From Stylophora pistillata (taxonomy: Eukaryota), in the NCBI RefSeq assembly GCF_002571385.2, contig NW_019218423.1:1-64000 (forward strand): a stretch of DNA of 64,000 nt, written 5' to 3'. Position 1 is the first letter of the stretch. Each line of letters opens with the position of its first letter. This document shows, piece after piece, positions 12,457 through 24,300 of this stretch. Below the pieces are notes generated by a model that was given only the letters and a program-made list of their open reading frames with translations, did not search any database and was not told the DNA's origin. Made by a program: the position numbers and the translations under genes.

Positions 12457-15400
12457 ATGAGGATTTTGCTGTCGGTCTTGATGCTGATTGTTGCTCTTGG
12501 TGCAGCCAGTGGTGCAAGATCAAGAAAATGGAAGAGGAAACAGTTTGTATCTAACAAAAAACCATCAGGTAACAAGCCTTTCCTAATTGTCTCGTCTCAG
12601 ACCAGCACTAGAAGAAAAATAATGCAATCTTCTGAAGGAATGAACAGATTCGTTGTATGTTTCCTTCGTGACGTGAGTACAACAGTAATCGATCACATTC
12701 AATGCAGTTCGCTTGCGCAACAGAGGTACTTGAAAAAGTAAACACCGATAACTCTATCGTTTAGTGGCAGTCTTCTTTGAAAACTGCTTGAAACTGGCTG
12801 GTATTTTCGAATTCGTAATATTCTGATACGTGAGACGGACGAAAGCGTTGTTCGCTCTCAGCCACAAAGTTTTTTGAAGCAATTACGATAAAATAGAGCA
12901 CAACGGGGAAATAATCTATCGGTGAGAGGCGCAGCTGAGAAGAGTTGGTTGAAAGAAAATAACTGGACTCTACGTGGACATGGCTCCATTTTCTTTGTTG
13001 CACACGAAATATACGAGTGGGAGAAAGGAAATAAGAGGCGTTTCCGCATACGTCAGAAACAACGTGTACCTTGTTCAGGTAAGGTTCGCACAGACACCAA
13101 GTACTCATCTATTCTTTCCCCCTTCTTGGCTAAAAATTGATTCGGAACAAAAACAAAAAAAAAAGCACTCGAACAAAAACTGAAATCACTTTGTGTCGTT
13201 GCTCGATTATTTCCAATTGCAATCAATCATCACCCAGTAAAATAAGTTGGCAAAAGTCCACACTTCAAATAAAGAAGTAAATCTGAAGGACAACGCCGAA
13301 CAAACAAAATAAGCTCGCCTTCGAACCAATTTAATTTGTCCGGCGAACATGTCACCTTAAAAAACTGAAACTCTTCAATAATTTTAACCGAATCATGCAC
13401 ATCTCCTTACTCTCAGGTGATGCCAAAATTGCCTGTACGATAATTTCAACCGCATCTCACACATCCCCCTACTCTCAGGTGATGCCAAAATTGCCTGTAC
13501 GATAATTTCAACCGCATCTCACGCATCCCCATACTCTCAGGTGAAGCCAAAATTGCCTGTTGTGCTCTTTTAGGAATGATGGGAACGACGAATGCACTGA
13601 GAAGTAAAAGGCTGGAGATAGCGCGTATTGTTTGAAAATCTTGCAATCTCGTCAATAGGGAAGAGGGCGATGATAGGATCGGTGGAGGGATTGAGAAAAG
13701 TGCCTGTTTAGAAAGCACTTACGCAGCTCCGGATACTTCTCGATATTTCACCAGGGTCGAGACATAATTTATCGCGGCATCTTCATGATTTTGACATTGT
13801 TCATTGGCACGCGCTCTGCATGTGATGTTGCTCAATCTGGAAACATATGGATTTAGTTTCAAATAGGGTCATTACATATTGAATTACGTAGAAAACTGGA
13901 CTTCGAGCTCTTTGTTCTATTTGTGTTCATGAGACCCAGACATCTAAGTTGAAACAGCTGTCCAAGGTCGCATCTTGGCTGTCAGCTTGATCTTGAACTA
14001 TATAGCATTGTTTTACATGTGTTAGGTTTTCTAACGTAAGATCAGTGGTTGCTTATTATAGTTAAAAAAGCACAGAGTAAAATGGTAGGGAATGAATAGT
14101 GTGAAGATGGAGAAGTAAAAATAATGGAGAAGTTTAAAAGATGGTCGAGGAAAGAAAAAAAATGGGGATAAAGTTTTCAGGTATGAGGGCTTGATAAAAA
14201 CTCGTTTCCAGTGCTTCTCCCTCTTCCTCGCCGATTTGAGCAAGGGCGGGGCGACAAGAAGAGTGATTTTGGAAACGAGGTTGTGCTCACACCAACCCAA
14301 GTTGCGGGGAATAAGTGATAAATTCCTTTTTATCATCATTATTTCAGCCTCAACATGCTTCCTAGCGAACTGTAAGAAATGTCATAGTAATCAGTTTTCA
14401 TGTGCCGAGTGTAACCGTGGTCATGTCAGGGTCCAAGTACCTCTGGGGTATGCCTGATGGAGGCAATGTCCTCCTGGTTTTCAGAAAGTCAAAGGAACAT
14501 GTGTAGAGAAACAAGGTTAGCATGAAATTACCACTGAAAGAGAAGAACACAAGGCCATAAGTTAACTAGTAAAAAGCAGCAATGAGCATCTATTCAAATG
14601 TACCTCAAAGCGATGAGCCTACTGCGCCTTGAAACGTCGTACAGTGTTTTCTGAGGACTACTCGCCGTAAAGTCGCTTCACTTTTTTTTATGTTCTGCAT
14701 TCATTCTATTATGAGTGCCCTATCTCGTGGTCTCAGATCCCTGGATTATAAATGTAAATCATTGCTATATATTAAATAGTAATCTGATAGTTATGAAAGG
14801 CTATGGACCTTAAATGGATTTTTTCTTTTTTTTTTTATCAGATTGCCCCAAAAACTGCGAGAAATGCTCCAACAGGTTTTCTTGTTCCACATGTGACAAT
14901 GGATATGCACTATTAAAAAGATTTATTTTCTCGCGCTGCGTCCAAAAATGCCCTAGAGGATACAAGAAAGTGATGAACCGTGAAGGTGGGAGCAAGTGCG
15001 TGGAAGGTACGTTTTCAAACCTCGTGTTCCAATTCCAGCTGAAATGAGATATTTATCAAAAATTTTGGTCTTATTTTACTTTTCTTAACCTTCTCATTCC
15101 CAAGGTCTCACTAGTGGTTATTCTTACTGCGTGCCCGGCAATTCCTATGATGTCACATCTAATCGGAGACTTTGTTATTGGATCAATTAATTATCCCTTA
15201 ATTGAGATTCTTTTTCTTCGCTCTCACACTTGACTGCTTGATATTGAAGTGTTATTGTAAGGGGAAATTTTCTTTTGGTCGCTCTCGGGAGTCAAAAAAG
15301 GGTTGGAAGAGAGAGCGTCTAATATCCCTCGGCAGTGAAAGACATTTTAATTATCTCATTGTCAAACACGGTGCACACAACGCAATGTATCTATTGGTAC

Positions 15401-15811
15401 TAAACTGCAGTTATTCACAAAATAATCCATCTCATTACTGCGTTTCCCTCTCTTTAGCGTGCTCCCAAAATTGCAAGACGTGCCAAAACAAATTCTCCTG
15501 CTCCGTATGTGAAGGTGGTTATTCTCTGTTCCGAGGCTTCGCTAGTCTGGAGAGTCGCTGTCTTTCAAACTGCCCAAATGGGTATAAGAAAGAGATGAAC
15601 CCCTCAGGTGGATACAAATGTGTCAAAAGTAAGTATCTGACAGTGTCAGTCAAGCTTCCCTATCTTTCCCTCTTAGGATTATATCTATTTAGTTCTTTAC
15701 TCCATGAACTTAACACACACACACACACACACACACACTTATGATTGATTTCTATCACTCATGGTCATGGGTGTTTGTTTTTTCCGAGGGTCACACACAC
15801 ACACACGCACG

Positions 15812-15854
<43 letters not shown>

Positions 15855-18414
15855 GTGTGTAACCCTCGGAATAAAGCAAATACCCATGACCATGAGTGAT
15901 AGAAATCAATCATAATTATCATTGCGTTCAATTTCAGAGTGTACATCAAATTGCAATAAATGCCGAACCAGATTTTCCTGCGCTGTATGTGAAGATGGAT
16001 ATTCACTTTTTAGCTTGCGGATGATTAATCGTTGTGTAAAGAAGTGTCCAAAGGGTTACAAACCTGAGGGGAGCCTTACAAGCGGACTTAGATGTACTAA
16101 AGGTGGGTACATTGTTCAGTTCTGTAAAGGATAATAATCCTGGTAGGTCGCTAATCGTGTGGTAGAGCGTCCTGTAAATGCAAACTGGAATTTATTCTTT
16201 TCCTATAAGTGTGGGTGAAGGAATCGTTACGTCATGGGACTGCAATTAAGCCAGAAGTTTCGGCCAATGGAAGTGCTAGAGGAGTTGACAAATATTCACC
16301 GAAGTGGCGGTAGATACCACTTGCTAGTCACTTCCGAACTAGCCAATCAGCGCGTGCGAAAAGTACTATTATTCACCTCTACATTTGTGGTAGTCTTGGT
16401 ATTCTTATTAACATTATCATCATCTTTATTACTATCATTATTTTTATAGTTATTCTTATTCTAGTTTAGAATATCACCTTTGATGGAAGTAGGTAGACTA
16501 ACACGAGGCTAATGAATCTATATAAAGGGGGTAAGTTTCTAAAAAAACTGAGATGATGCGTCAGTGGGGGAGTACAATAAGGTTCGTTACGGAGCGCATG
16601 GCGAATTGATCATTCGCTCTGACGAAGGGCTAACGCTCGAAACGTCAGCTATGAAACTCTTTATGGTGGCTAATTTACTTTATCGACTCAGTTGATGAAC
16701 TTGAAAATTAAAATGAGGCTAAATTGGAACTGCAGTTACTCTTTCACTCAGTATTTGCCGCAGTCCTCTTTCACCGGTTTGGGATTTCGATCACAAGTCA
16801 TTGTTTGTGATATTTGAGAACGTTGACTCTCAGTCAGGAAGAATAGCATACATCTTAAAAAGCTTCTTTCCGTTATTTCACTCGTTTCATGCTTCAATCT
16901 TTTATCTTCTTTCTTCTCTTTTCGGCTAAGTAGAGTGTCAAGTACCGAACTGTGGATCCTGTCCCAAACGATGGGGAGTGTTTCAACGACCCAACAGATG
17001 TGAAAGATGCAAGCCTGGCTACTACAAATTAACAGCTGGTAATAAACCGTGGCAGCAGCACGACTTTTGCTTCTCTCACTGCCCCTCCGGTTACATGAAA
17101 AGTGACAAGAAGGGTGTTCCTGAATGCGTGAAAGGTGTGTGAAGCAAACGGGCTAACATTATTACGTAAGGCGATATGCCACACTCAGTAGTTGGAAATA
17201 TTACCTAAATAGGATCAGTGATAGGGAACAAGACAGAACAACTTGTAGGCTGCTTCACGAGATTATAATCTGCAATTCACCCCAAAGCTGCCTCTTACCT
17301 CTTTTGAGTATCACAGCAGTTCTATTCTATTTGAGTATCACAGCAGTTCTATTCTTCAGTGTCTTAGCAAGGAGCACAATGAGCGAAACATAGTGAAGGT
17401 GAAATCGATCAAGTCCCCATCATAACGAGTCTAGAGGCGTCTAAATGATACACATTCTCCCAGAGCATTCTTAGATCGGTCAGAATTTTTCAGTTGAGTG
17501 AGTCCGTTGTTTACCCATTTGGTCCATGAGGCCCGATAATTAACAAGCACTTTAGCTAACTTTCCAAGTGCTGGCCTTTGGTTACCTTTTAATTCATAGT
17601 AGGTGTGGCTATAAAAACAGAGGCCCCCACTGAGCCAACAACTGAAGAGCCAACAACTGAAGCGCCAACAACTGAAGAGCCAACAACTGAAGCGCCAACA
17701 ACTGAAGAGCCAACAACTGAAGCGCCAACAACTGAAGAGCCAACAACTGAAGCGCCAACAACTGAAGAGCCAACAACTGAAGCGCCAACAACTGAAGAGC
17801 CAACAACTGAAGCGCCAACAACTGAAGAGCCAACAACTGAAGCGCCAACAACTGAAGAGCCAACAACTGAAGCGCCAACAACTGAAGAGCCAACAACTGA
17901 AGCGCCAACAACTGAAGAGCCAACAACTGAAGCGCCAACAACTGAAGAGCCAACAACTGAAGCGCCAACAACTGAAGAGCCAACAACTGAAGCGCCAACA
18001 ACTGAAGAGCCAACAACTGAAGCGCCAACAACTGAAGAGCCAACAACTGAAGCGCCAACAACTGAAGAGCCAACAACTGAAGCGCCAACAACTGAAGAGC
18101 CAACAACTGAAGCGCCAACAACTGAAGAGCCAACAACTGAAGCGCCAACAACTGAAGAGCCAACAACTGAAGCGCCAACAACTGAAGAGCCAACAACTGA
18201 AGCGCCAACAACTGAAGAGCCAACTACTGAGGAGCCAACAACTGAAGAGCCCACCACCATGTCTAACTCGTGGACTACCCCAGACACATTCAGTACCCCT
18301 GGACCCACTTCCGCTGAGCTGACTACGACCGAGCTCTTCACGACTGAATCTTTCACTACTACCGAACCAACCGATACACCTGAACCAGGCATTTTCATAG
18401 ACTTTTGGCCTTAA
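12457..18414 (+). CDS. Gene A: secreted furin-like (FU) Cys-rich repeat protein with acidic mucin-like tail (~599 codons; in-frame TGA in exon 2)
   Basis: Exons 12457-12568, 14348-14515, 14842-15006, 15458-15628, 15938-16102, 16931(or 16934)-17134, 17600(or 17603)-18414; all introns GT-AG, phase 1. Signal peptide MRILLSVLMLIVALGAASG, basic RSRKWKRK, five C-x3-C-x2-C..C-x2-C..C-x3-CP-x-G[YF]..C repeats, (TTEEPTTEAP)n tail. TATAAAA at 12373, AATAAA at 18601. TGA at 14455-14457. Confidence 0.85.
13379..13560. repeat. Tandem repeat, 62-bp unit, ~2.9 copies
   Basis: ACTCTCAGGTGA(T/A)GCCAAAATTGCCTGT recurs at 13409, 13471 and 13533, in intron 1 of gene A. Confidence 0.9.
15712..15915. repeat. ~53-bp inverted repeat interleaved with (CA)n microsatellites
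   Basis: 15739-15791 is the near-perfect reverse complement of 15861-15915; (CA)n tracts at 15713-15738 and 15792-15850. Confidence 0.85.
16610..16654 (+). ncRNA. Minimal type I hammerhead ribozyme motif (Penelope-like element repeat)
   Basis: TCAT-TC-GCT CTGACGA A GGGC TAAC GCTC GAAA CG TC/ AGC-T-ATGA: intact core CUGACGA/GAAA/UC, helix II with tetraloop, palindromic ACGT helix III, helix I pairing. Confidence 0.75.
17632..18258 (+). repeat. Coding minisatellite, 30-bp unit (15-bp subunit) encoding TEEPTTEAPT
   Basis: 19 identical copies of ACTGAAGAGCCAACAACTGAAGCGCCAACA at 17641-18210 plus degenerate flanking units. Confidence 0.97.
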
Positions 18415-21376
18415 GTTTCCTTTTATCCAGTTGCGATTACCTCATGTTTTTACTTCTGAAAGACAACTTTAAGTGAACATAGCTAACATGTAAGCGATTT
18501 TTTGGGCTTGATTTTTATAGTTATTGTGTGTGCTTAGTTTTTGTTTGTATTGAAGAGATTTCGGATTTTATATCTACAGTATGGGAAGACAATACGGTTA
18601 AATAAAAAATAAGTGTGGATTCACCACTAGATTAAAAATTAAGGTCATGAGAATAAAGAATTAAAGAACTCTTGACTTAAACGAAGTTCTCGTCAGTACA
18701 TATGGAACGTATACAGACGGCATGTACAACATGCATACAGATGTAAGGGTGTAAAAATGGGTATAATGAATCTAACGCTCGAGAGGATTTTAGCTGGTTT
18801 GATGCAAAATTAAAACAGATAATATTTCTAGTAAAGATATGGAATCCGTGGTCCTCTGGGTTACAGCAAGTTATATCCCAACCACCCCCCCTCCCCCCCT
18901 CTCTCATTTTCTGCCGGATATATATTTTCATTTTCTATCAGACTACCACGTCTTGGTATGTGTGGTATAATTGTTTTTGAAAGGTCAAATTTTGCAATAT
19001 ACAGGTAATAAGTGAGGGCACAGTTTATCCAGTTCTATCCTCTTCACAAACTGTCATTCCCAAAATCATCAAACGGGCCTATACATTGCACTGGCCATCT
19101 TTTTTCAGACCGGCTAATTTTCTACTGACCCAGTACCAGGCTAGGCTTGATGACCAGCCACTGTTCGAGAACCTGAGCCCGCGGGGAGAAACGAAAAAGA
19201 CCGGACTCGAGAGGGTGACAGAAAGGCGTTCAGTTGTACCGTTGCACTTATGTCCCCTTATTGTAGCTATGTTCCCTGACGTAATGTGATACAGTGGCCA
19301 ATCATACCCTGCGATCTATCCAGCTAAACGCGGCTTGGGACTGGTTAGGAGACTCCGTTGTAGTTGTCTTCAAGCAAAAGTACTTATTCAAGGGGGTCGG
19401 GATAAGTGGAAAATTTTCCTGTATTTTCTCGTACCAACGGATGAACAAGCTTCTGCTAAAGTCAGGAAAACTTGCTATCCGCATTTCATCGCGAACCAGA
19501 TCACTGGGCTCTCGCACACACATTACTTCACGGACTCCTTGTATGGCTTTGGCGGTCACGTCGCATTATCGCCTTCAAATTACCAACCCTAACCATAAGC
19601 ATTATCGCGCCTTAAGTATTTCGCTCCATTTCACTGACTCAATGGCTGGAAAAGACTAATTTTCTACCTTAAAATACCGGAGCCCACTACATTACCGCAG
19701 GGTACGTATTTATTTACTTTGAATTAATTTCATAATAAATGTCAAACAAAATTTTCAAAGTAAGGCTGTGATCTTTTTCTCTGTAAGCTATCTTTAATGA
19801 CAGAAACAGAACCTTCTCGAAACGAGTCTACCTTCAAATCGTAAGACAAAGTCTTAAAATCTTTCAATAGTGCTCACATTGTCTCAAATTGAAAAGGGGG
19901 TGAGGGCAGACACTTTGGTAGTCTGGCAATTTGATCCTAAAAAAGTGTAGTATGTGTAAAGGAAGTCTAAACCTGTTAAATGCGTTCTAAAAACAACTGC
20001 TAATCGATTTTCATTCAAGAATGTACTGAGCAACCCTGTGGATGGAGAACGAGTGGGGCTTTTCAAATAATTCAAAAGATCCTTTCATTACTGTACTGAT
20101 ATAAAATATCTGAGTTTTTAATTTCTGCTTAAGAGGTTTATCCGGTGCTTTTCCACAGGAAATATGTCAACCCTTGTTGATACATTAGACTTTTGTCACC
20201 TTTATTACGCATCAACCATTTTTATCACTGGAAACAACATGCATGCGTCGATGAAAGTTTGAAGTTGTTTATGAAGCCCAAAGTATAACTTGTTACATGA
20301 CCTTGGCTATAGTAATGTACGGTTTATATGACGATGCATAAAAGCTAAAATGGCTTCGAGTTGACATCAAGACTTAATTCCTTGCTGAGTTGTTTTGTCC
20401 CATGTTGTTCGAAACAAAAGAAGGAGTTTTTATAAACCAGTCCAAAAGGTTCAAGCGGGTAACACTGTCACTTTTGCTTTCACCTTGTTGTTTTCTTTTC
20501 TTTCTTTTTTCCTCCTTACGACATTCTCCAATTCAGGATTGACGTGTAAATTTGCGAGTTTTGCAGCTTCGCCCTAGCTCAGATCCAGCTGATTTTCATT
20601 TCATCAACGTCTATGATGAAAATCTATCTTTGATTGATTAGGCGCCAGACATTAGCTATTTGTGAACAGACTAAAGACGTCACACAACAATGACGTAAAC
20701 AGCGGGCACGTGATCACCCTCCAAGATAAGCCAGAAGCACGTGGCTAAAACGGAAATGACTGAATCAGGGGTAATGAGTAGTCACTGAGGAATGTGTTGA
20801 TGTGCAAATTTAACGATGATTAAAAAAAAAGTCGACAGATGAGGTGTTAGGTGAACAACACCCACGGCATTGGACAAAAATAACTGTTCTTGTTCGTTTT
20901 CCTTTAATTAGGCATGCGTCCTCACAGCTTCAACCTCAGTAAGCTGCATTAAGATTTCCAAGTTCAGAAGGTAGTTTAGTTGAGTCCGGAAATCGCAACA
21001 AATCAAACAGTTCATCAGTCTAGTTTGGGATGATTTCTGGGATGTCCTGAAAGTTTCAGCACTTCAAGTGTTTCATGCCAAAACATGAGAAGCGTCAAAC
21101 AGGTTTTAAAATCTGAAAATGATTACCCACTCATCAGGGAAAAACTGCCAAATCGTGTTTATTGAGATACTAATGGGCATAGGAAACTTTGACCTTCAGC
21201 TTGATACCAGACTGATAATAACCATAACAGGTATGACAGCAGCTTTCCTTTTGTATTGTTCTCTGAAACAAAGCCGGTTTGTCTGTACAGGTTTGGTGGG
21301 TCAAGGCAGCGAAATTCCGAAGACAAACCAGAATCATCAGGAGTTTGGAGCGTTTAGAGGCTTTCATCGTATCGTC

Positions 21377-24300
21377 ATGAAGAAGACGTTTTTGGTTCTG
21401 TTAGGCATCGCCATCGTTCTTCTTGCTACAGCCGAGGGTAGGAGAGGTCGAAAGCGAGGAGGAAAAGGTAAAGGAGGCTTTTCTCGGCCAAACAAAAAAG
21501 GTGAGACCTATAAATCAAAACTTGGAATAACCCTCATTACGCCAATTAGAAAAGGAAGATTAAGGATACTCAACCTCTGTCAATGTAACGTTTGTAAATT
21601 TTATCCTGAGCTAGTTTTTTGTCTTTAGGTTTTGTAAGCCTACGCTACAGCAGCAATATTGCGTTTCCGTCCTACAGGGTTCGCGCATTAGGAATCTGTC
21701 TATAATTCTTGAGGATATTTATTTGCCTGATTCGGATATTGACCTTTCTATGCTTTCTTTGTGAATTTCATCTACCGAAAGGGCAAAGCCTTGCCTCAGA
21801 GTCTTGGTCTGAAATTAGAAATAACAGCCGATACGTGATAGGTTTCAGATTTACGGTCAGCTGAGGCGTTTAGCCACGCAGACAGCGAAAAGAATAGGAT
21901 ATTGAAATTACTTTCCCTTTGGGCTGAAGCGGAATCTCATGAAACAAAAGCTGATATAATTTGCTGTACATATTCGCTTGTATTAAGGAATGCTGCTAGA
22001 GAAAGTGAGAGAAAATCAAATTGCTGAATGAAATGAACGTTCTGATTTTTTTTAATCCAGCTTGATGCCCTATTTTAGGATTGAAACTTGAGCAGAGCCA
22101 TCTTTAATCTTGATGTTGCAGCGTCTAGTAACAACCTTACATCCGACGTTCTTTTATGGGTTTCTCCATTTCTTTAAGTCGGTTGTGTTGCGCGTGTTCT
22201 TTCTCGGGCAATTAATATAAGCACATCTCAAAAATTTCCACGATTCTCAATCAAATGTAGGGACCATGGATGATCAGCAATTGTACAACGTGATGCGCTC
22301 ATAACACGTACTTCATTATAATGCGCCAGTGAGAAGATTCAGACAATGGGGCCATTATCTATATATCTGGTGTTGAGGTCCGTTTCATTGTCCAAGTTAT
22401 TATTTTCATTAGTTAATTTTCATAGGTGCACCCCATTCGTTTATTTCGTCTTCTAACTTGTGGACGGTTTGTGTTATCTTATACTCAACTAGCCTGTACC
22501 AAAAACTGCAATATTTGTGACCGAGAAGGAACCTGCCTCGAGTGCGATGACGGATTCGCTAAAGTCACTTTCCCGAAACGATCTAAGACAGTCTGTGTTC
22601 CTTGCAGCAAACGAGGAAAAAAGACTGCTCTGAATGGAGACATGTCCAAGTGCCCTCCAGGTGAGCAAGTTTGTTTCAAGTAGTCAGCAGCTTTGTGCGG
22701 TCAAAGATTTAAAAAAGGGGCTAGCTGTGAAATGATCGAAGAACAATCGTCCCCATTACTCTTGTAGCCTCCCAAGCGGCGCCTTTTGGACTTGCAAGGA
22801 ATACATGAAGAAACTAACGAGAAAAACAAGAAGGCCGCCTTAGCTTATGCAGCCACATGTGTTTGTTATTATGGTTATTATCATCGTTTCTGGGTGAGGA
22901 TACCCAGAGTTTTTATTGGCAGTTTGCTGTCATTACACCGCTGCTCAATAGATGGGCGTCAGTGGCCGTGCGAAAGGATCTAGCAGAGATCACCTCTGAT
23001 CCTTTCTCCTTCGTAGTGGCCCTTTTGCGCTACACCCCATAGAACTAATGCAAAGGAGACCACTCTGACCACGGGTTTTGACGCAGTTTTTCGTGTCTCT
23101 ATTTATTGCTCTCCACCCTTGATTCCTTTTTTTTTTCCACAGAGAAGAACAAAAAGGGACTGCTCGTATTTCACCATTCCTAAGCGTCTTGACCCTGACC
23201 TTCATAGAAAAAGTCAGAGAAGTGTATACTGATTGTGTTTTTCAACTTTTAGTAACTACGACAGATCCTTCGCTGAGCTGTCCGCAAAAGTGCTCCAGCT
23301 GCAAGAATGGAGCGTGCCTTGTTTGCGAAAGTGGTTTCGCTTTAGTCACTGGACGTAAGAATAAAACAGCTTGTATTTCCTGCGCTACTGGGAGAAATGG
23401 TAAAAGGATAGACAAATCACAATGTGGCTCAGGTAATTCCTTGTTGTACAATTGTGTGCATGATAGTGTTTTATTGTTCAGTTCTGTCAAGAGGGCCATG
23501 AGGGCTCTGCGCAACTCTGAGATGGTGCCTAACTCCGGAAATATTGAACATTTTCATTCCCAAGATCGGATTGTTAATTCTCCCCTTAAGCTGCTACACA
23601 TTTCCTTGTAAATTAGTGACGAGAATTTGGTATTGGATCAAGATAACATCTTGGATAATTAGGTATAATTTCTCATTACATGCTTGGTGGGTAATGTATG
23701 AATTTTATTTGGAGAATTTATTTGTTAGTCACTTCTGGGAGTAAAAGGATTAATTGCTTGTCACTTTTCAATCTTTTTTCAGAAAGTTGTGGGAAAAACT
23801 GTCTAACATGCACAAACGGAACCTGTACAGAATGCGCAAACGGTTTTCAACTGAACCAAGACAAGAATATGTGCAAAAAGATAAAAGGCAAGTTTAACGT
23901 AACTGTTCGCATTGAGTACTTGTACTCCTTGAAATGTACTGAATCCTTCACGATGTAACCTGTTTCTGTCTCATCAAATTTTCAGTTTTACTCAGATCCT
24001 GTTTTTATTAGCTTGAGTTATCTTAACTCAGTATAAATAAAAAGAATAAATGATTAATTTGAGGAACAAAGAGAATAAAATTGTGAGAAACACCTACATA
24101 AAGTAGACCGCTGGGGAAAGGAACTAATTACTAGGGGAATGACTTCAAAATAAATATTTAACAGAATGGATACATGTTCAGGGGCGTAGCCAGGATTTTT
24201 CAAAGGGGGGATCACAGAGGCTACTCACCAGATTGTCATGTCGACCTCCCCGCCGTGCATGTTTTACTTAATGTTACAGTTTTGGGATGAGTAGTGAGAG

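Noticed and set aside
12823-12860. Hammerhead-like CTGATA..GGACGAAAGCG..CGCTC
   Set aside because: The core lacks G8/A9 and the 5' strand of helix II, and helix I does not pair; at best a dead relic or chance match.
17641-18210. CRISPR-like array
   Set aside because: No unique spacers, eukaryotic context, no cas genes; the same applies to the 62-bp repeat at 13379-13560.
17589-18398. Antisense ORFs (VVGSS/VVGAS)n and (LLALQ)n
   Set aside because: Shadow frames of the coding minisatellite; the plus frame has the splice acceptor, phase continuity and poly(A) signal.
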